Assembly (NCBI GenBank): GCA_965285935.1
Contig: OZ260665.1
Location: forward strand, 83,266,001-83,330,000
Reading direction: 5' to 3'
DNA: 64,000 nt
DNA from: Ophelia neglecta
Taxonomy: Eukaryota
The notes under the pieces were generated by a model that did no database searches, had not been told where the DNA came from, and saw nothing but the letters and a program-made list of their open reading frames with translations. This document shows, in pieces, positions 61,501 to 64,000 of the stretch (positions within the stretch are counted from its first letter, which is position 1; each line of letters begins with the position of its first letter). The translations under genes and the position numbers were made by a program.

Positions 61501-63610
61501 CTCAGCAGTTAAGGGGATTTGATGTAACTCAGCAGGTAAGAGGATTTGACGTGACTCAGCAGGTAAGAGGATTTGACGTGACTCGGCAGGTAAGGGATTT
61601 GATGTGACTCAGCAGGTAAGAGGATTGGATGTAACTCAGCAGGTAAGGGGATTGGATGTAACTCAGCAGGTAAGTAGACTTGATTTTACTTTGCAGTTAA
61701 GCAGATTCTATATAACTCCGCTTTGTTGTGGAAATAGGAATTTGCAATAATTTGCTATTAAGTAACATGTCAGGGGTCTGATTATCGCAAAATTGTAGTT
61801 CTATCTATCCACATTTAATCAATTATATTGAAGAAAGGGGAGGAGCAACAGCTACTAACTTAACTCCGGTTTCATATCAACGCCTATGTCTTTAACTCCT
61901 TCCTTTAATACAGGGTCCAGTTTCTAGAAGCGGTTTTAAGAGTAGGGATTAGATTAGCTTATAACCGATTGGCTGAGTCCTTTTAGTTAGTGTTTTCAAT
62001 GGACCAGAAGTAAGGTTGAGTCCAAAATGGTTAGGTTTAATAACAAATCCACTTTCCAGAAACCCGAATTAGCAAGAGAACAGCAAGAGTTGCTTTATTG
62101 GCATAGTTTCCACTCGAACAGTGTAGGTGAACACGCTACAAACGTTCCTTTAAAATGTTTTGTCCAATCTCTCTTGCTCTCTCAACATTGATTCAATCTA
62201 AGGCTGTCATGCCATTGGTAATGTTGACGAGTACCTTTGGTAATATTGGCAAGATTTATTAGCAATGTTGACGAGTGCCTTTGGCAATGTTGGCAAGATT
62301 CATTGGCAATGTTGACGAGTGCCTTGGGAAATGTTGACGAGTTCCTTTGGCAATGTTGAAGAGTGCCTTTGCCAATATTGACAAATGCCTTGGCAATGCT
62401 GACGAGTTTCATTGGTAATGTTGACAAGGGCCTTGGCAAAGTTGACGAGTGCATTTGCAATGTTTATGAGTGCCAATGTCTTCTAGCACATGTTCATCTA
62501 CATGCTTTATTCAGCTTTAAATGAGGCTTCCAGAGAACATTAAGAGTGACTTTAGAATGACAGAAAACAGAACCCTGACTGGGCTAAGGAAACTGGTTTA
62601 ACTTGGACCTTGAATTGGTCAAGGGAAATTTTGCACAAACTAACCCTGTGTAAGGGTAATGTGCCATTAAAATGACCCCCTTCTTGCGGCACACTCTTAT
62701 TTTACTCACAGACTGCAGCGGGTGTAGAATGCTGCTGCCAGGATGATCACAGGTACTCACTATCGAGCTCATATAACTCCAGTGCTTAGACAGCTTCATT
62801 GGTTGCCTGTGGTTTACAGAATCCACTTCAAAATCTGCCTACTAACCTATAAGGTGATGAATGGTGTGGCACCAGCCTATTTGGCGTAACTGTTAACCCC
62901 TTATCGAGCAGTGAGGTGTCTTCGCTCGAAAAATAAAAACTTGTTGGTTGTACCAAAGGTGCGTACATGCTTATATGGCGAGAGACGGCTCTCACATGTC
63001 GCACCGGTTCTGTGGAATGCCCTTCCAGAGGAAACAAAAGCAGCTTCCAAAGTAAACTCTTTTAAAATCAAACTTAAAACCCATTATTTTAGATTAGCTT
63101 TTGATTTTTTGATTTTATTTTTTAAATTTTTATCAAAGTCTTAATATATTGGCAGCTTAGGTTTTAATGGTGTATTAAAGACTTAAAATTACCTTATCGT
63201 GCCAATTAATCTTTGCATTGTGATAAATGTACACCTTAACTTATTGTGCCATTTCTTTATATTGTACAGCGCCTTGAGCAGTTGTTTTTACTGGATATGT
63301 GCGCTTTATAACAAATAAAATTATTATTATTATTATTATTACTACACGAAAGCCACCCTCTTCGCCGGGCAACCCCTACGGTCAAATTTGTAGCAAAGAA
63401 AGGCTAGTGTTCTTCGACGCCATGTATCTTTACTAATTTTGACTTGCTTTTCGTTGAATTCAGGTGTGCACAGAGTCAGGTGACGTCATGCCAAGGACCC
63501 AGCTCGGCACCACATGCTGCCAGACAGCCAACGGCTGGAGGTGCTGCAGCAAGGGAGAGGGATGCTGCGCCGGCGGGGCCGAAGCCCTGGAGGAAGGAGG
63601 CAGCGGGGAG
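46574..63610 (+). CDS. Probable secreted galaxin-like (Cys-Cys repeat) protein, partial; exons 46574-46652 (tentative), 61175-61401, 63464-63610
   Basis: Repeats AICCQD, ACCGRIGYDSQRFLCCGN and LCCGNRGFD resemble galaxin/usherin CC repeats. Exon 61175 needs a phase-1 upstream exon; 46574-46652 supplies MTSLGSRDRLLHIHGYLALFVVVVSK G|gtgagc (signal-peptide-like, phase 1). Confidence 0.55.
47100..47480. repeat. GC-tract low-complexity repeat (GTAACCCC/GGGGTTAC motifs in both orientations)
   Basis: Direct inspection. Confidence 0.6.
48110..48465. repeat. ~50-bp GC-rich minisatellite, ~7 copies
   Basis: ccttttagccccagacagggcagggttgggtctccaggcgcc unit. Confidence 0.88.
50370..50805. repeat. 41-44-bp minisatellite, ~10 copies
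   Basis: cagcaggaacaaccagctgcaggcccacaaacatcaatctc unit. Confidence 0.9.
51020..51705. repeat. 39-bp minisatellite with a homogeneous core and degenerate flanks
   Basis: gtgtctcaacggagtcaggcatccccaaagaggcctcca unit. Confidence 0.88.
52806..53733. repeat. 40-bp minisatellite, ~23 near-perfect copies
   Basis: atgtatctaccggcggcgggagagatgctagggctgggcg unit. Confidence 0.97.
57140..59290. repeat. 54-58-bp minisatellite with higher-order structure
   Basis: gatgtccctgtgtcttggtgtaccgactgggccgtcagagaggacacaagggcagaga unit; the variant pattern recurs at a 572-bp offset. Confidence 0.95.
61175..61401 (+). CDS. Galaxin-like CC-repeat exon
   Basis: tttgcctgcag|..STSALSVPCGRIQMNPTNAICCQDLVFVRSGFRAACCGRIGYDSQRFLCCGNTIVRKTGTHQLCCGNRGFDVTQQ|gtaagg. 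Confidence 0.8.
61380..61715 (+). repeat. ~27-28-bp tandem array of the splice donor of exon 61175-61401
   Basis: Unit ggatttgatgt(t/a)actcagcag|gtaagg, about 11 copies; the first is the real exon end. Confidence 0.88.
62208..62478. repeat. ~21-bp minisatellite (AATGTTGACGAGTGCCTTGGC)
   Basis: About 12 degenerate copies. Confidence 0.85.
62705..63340 (+). mobile_element. 5'-truncated CR1/L2-type LINE 3' end
   Basis: RLQRV*NAAARMIT..HITPVLRQLHWLPV.YRI.FKI.LLTYK..G.AP.YL and YGER.LS..AP.LWNALP..FK..LKT, typical of the ORF2 C-terminus; 3'UTR with AATAAA and an (ATT)n tail. Confidence 0.88.
63464..63610 (+). CDS. Next exon of the galaxin-like gene
   Basis: ttcag|VCTESGDVMPRTQLGTTCCQTANGWRCCSKGEGCCAGGAEALEEGGSGE|gtaggt; phase 0, matching the previous donor. 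Confidence 0.7.
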
Positions 63611-63960
63611 GTAGGTAGGGGGCTCAGGGAGGGAAGGGAGGAAGGAGGACAGAGTGCTTTGCGGGCGGGCCGGAGCCCTGGAGGAAGGAGGCAGCAGTGA
63701 GGTAGGTAGGGGGATCAGGGAGGGAGGGGAGGAAGGAGGACAGAGAGTGCTGTGCTGGCGGGGACAGAGCCCTGGAGGAAGGAGGCAGCGGCGAGGTAGG
63801 TAAGTGATTCGGGGATGAAGAGAAAGGGGGTGCAGCCCCGGCGGGGACGAAGCCTAGGTAAATGAGGCAGCGAAGAGGTAGGTATGGGGTCAGGGGAGTT
63901 TGGGGAGAGAGGTGCTGCGCAAGCGGGGACGGAGCCCTGGCGGGAGAAGCAGGCAAATGG
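63560..63960 (+). repeat. ~82-94-bp tandem array of the splice donor of exon 63464-63610
   Basis: tgctgcgc.ggcgggg.c.gagccctggaggaaggaggcagc...gag|gtaggta recurs with junctions at 63610, 63701, 63795 and 63877. Confidence 0.8.
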
Positions 63961-64000
63961 GGAAGGGTAGAGAAAGGGGGAGAGGGCGGGACGGGCGAGA

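Overview
Repeat-rich eukaryotic (animal) genomic DNA with GT-AG introns; a marine invertebrate such as a lophotrochozoan is my guess, not determined. The window holds two sacsin-like paralogs transcribed head-to-head. The + strand copy is complete (10 coding exons, 21100-40905, ~4,420 aa; three Hsp90-like GHKL sacsin repeat regions, J domain, HEPN domain) but carries an apparent 1-nt frameshift just before the J domain. The - strand copy is partial (6 coding exons, 8133 to <1) with identical intron positions and phases. Between them lie a Helentron-associated element (HINE) with a ~450-bp internal array, a tRNA-derived sequence and a decayed Gypsy pol. The right third holds a probable secreted galaxin-like Cys-Cys-repeat gene whose ~14.5-kb intron is packed with minisatellites, plus a truncated CR1/L2-type LINE. 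Most notable: (1) at five exon-intron junctions the splice site itself, with adjacent exon sequence, has been amplified into a tandem array running into the intron, including the same acceptor in both sacsin paralogs; (2) patchy near-identical tracts between the otherwise diverged inverted sacsin paralogs suggest gene conversion.
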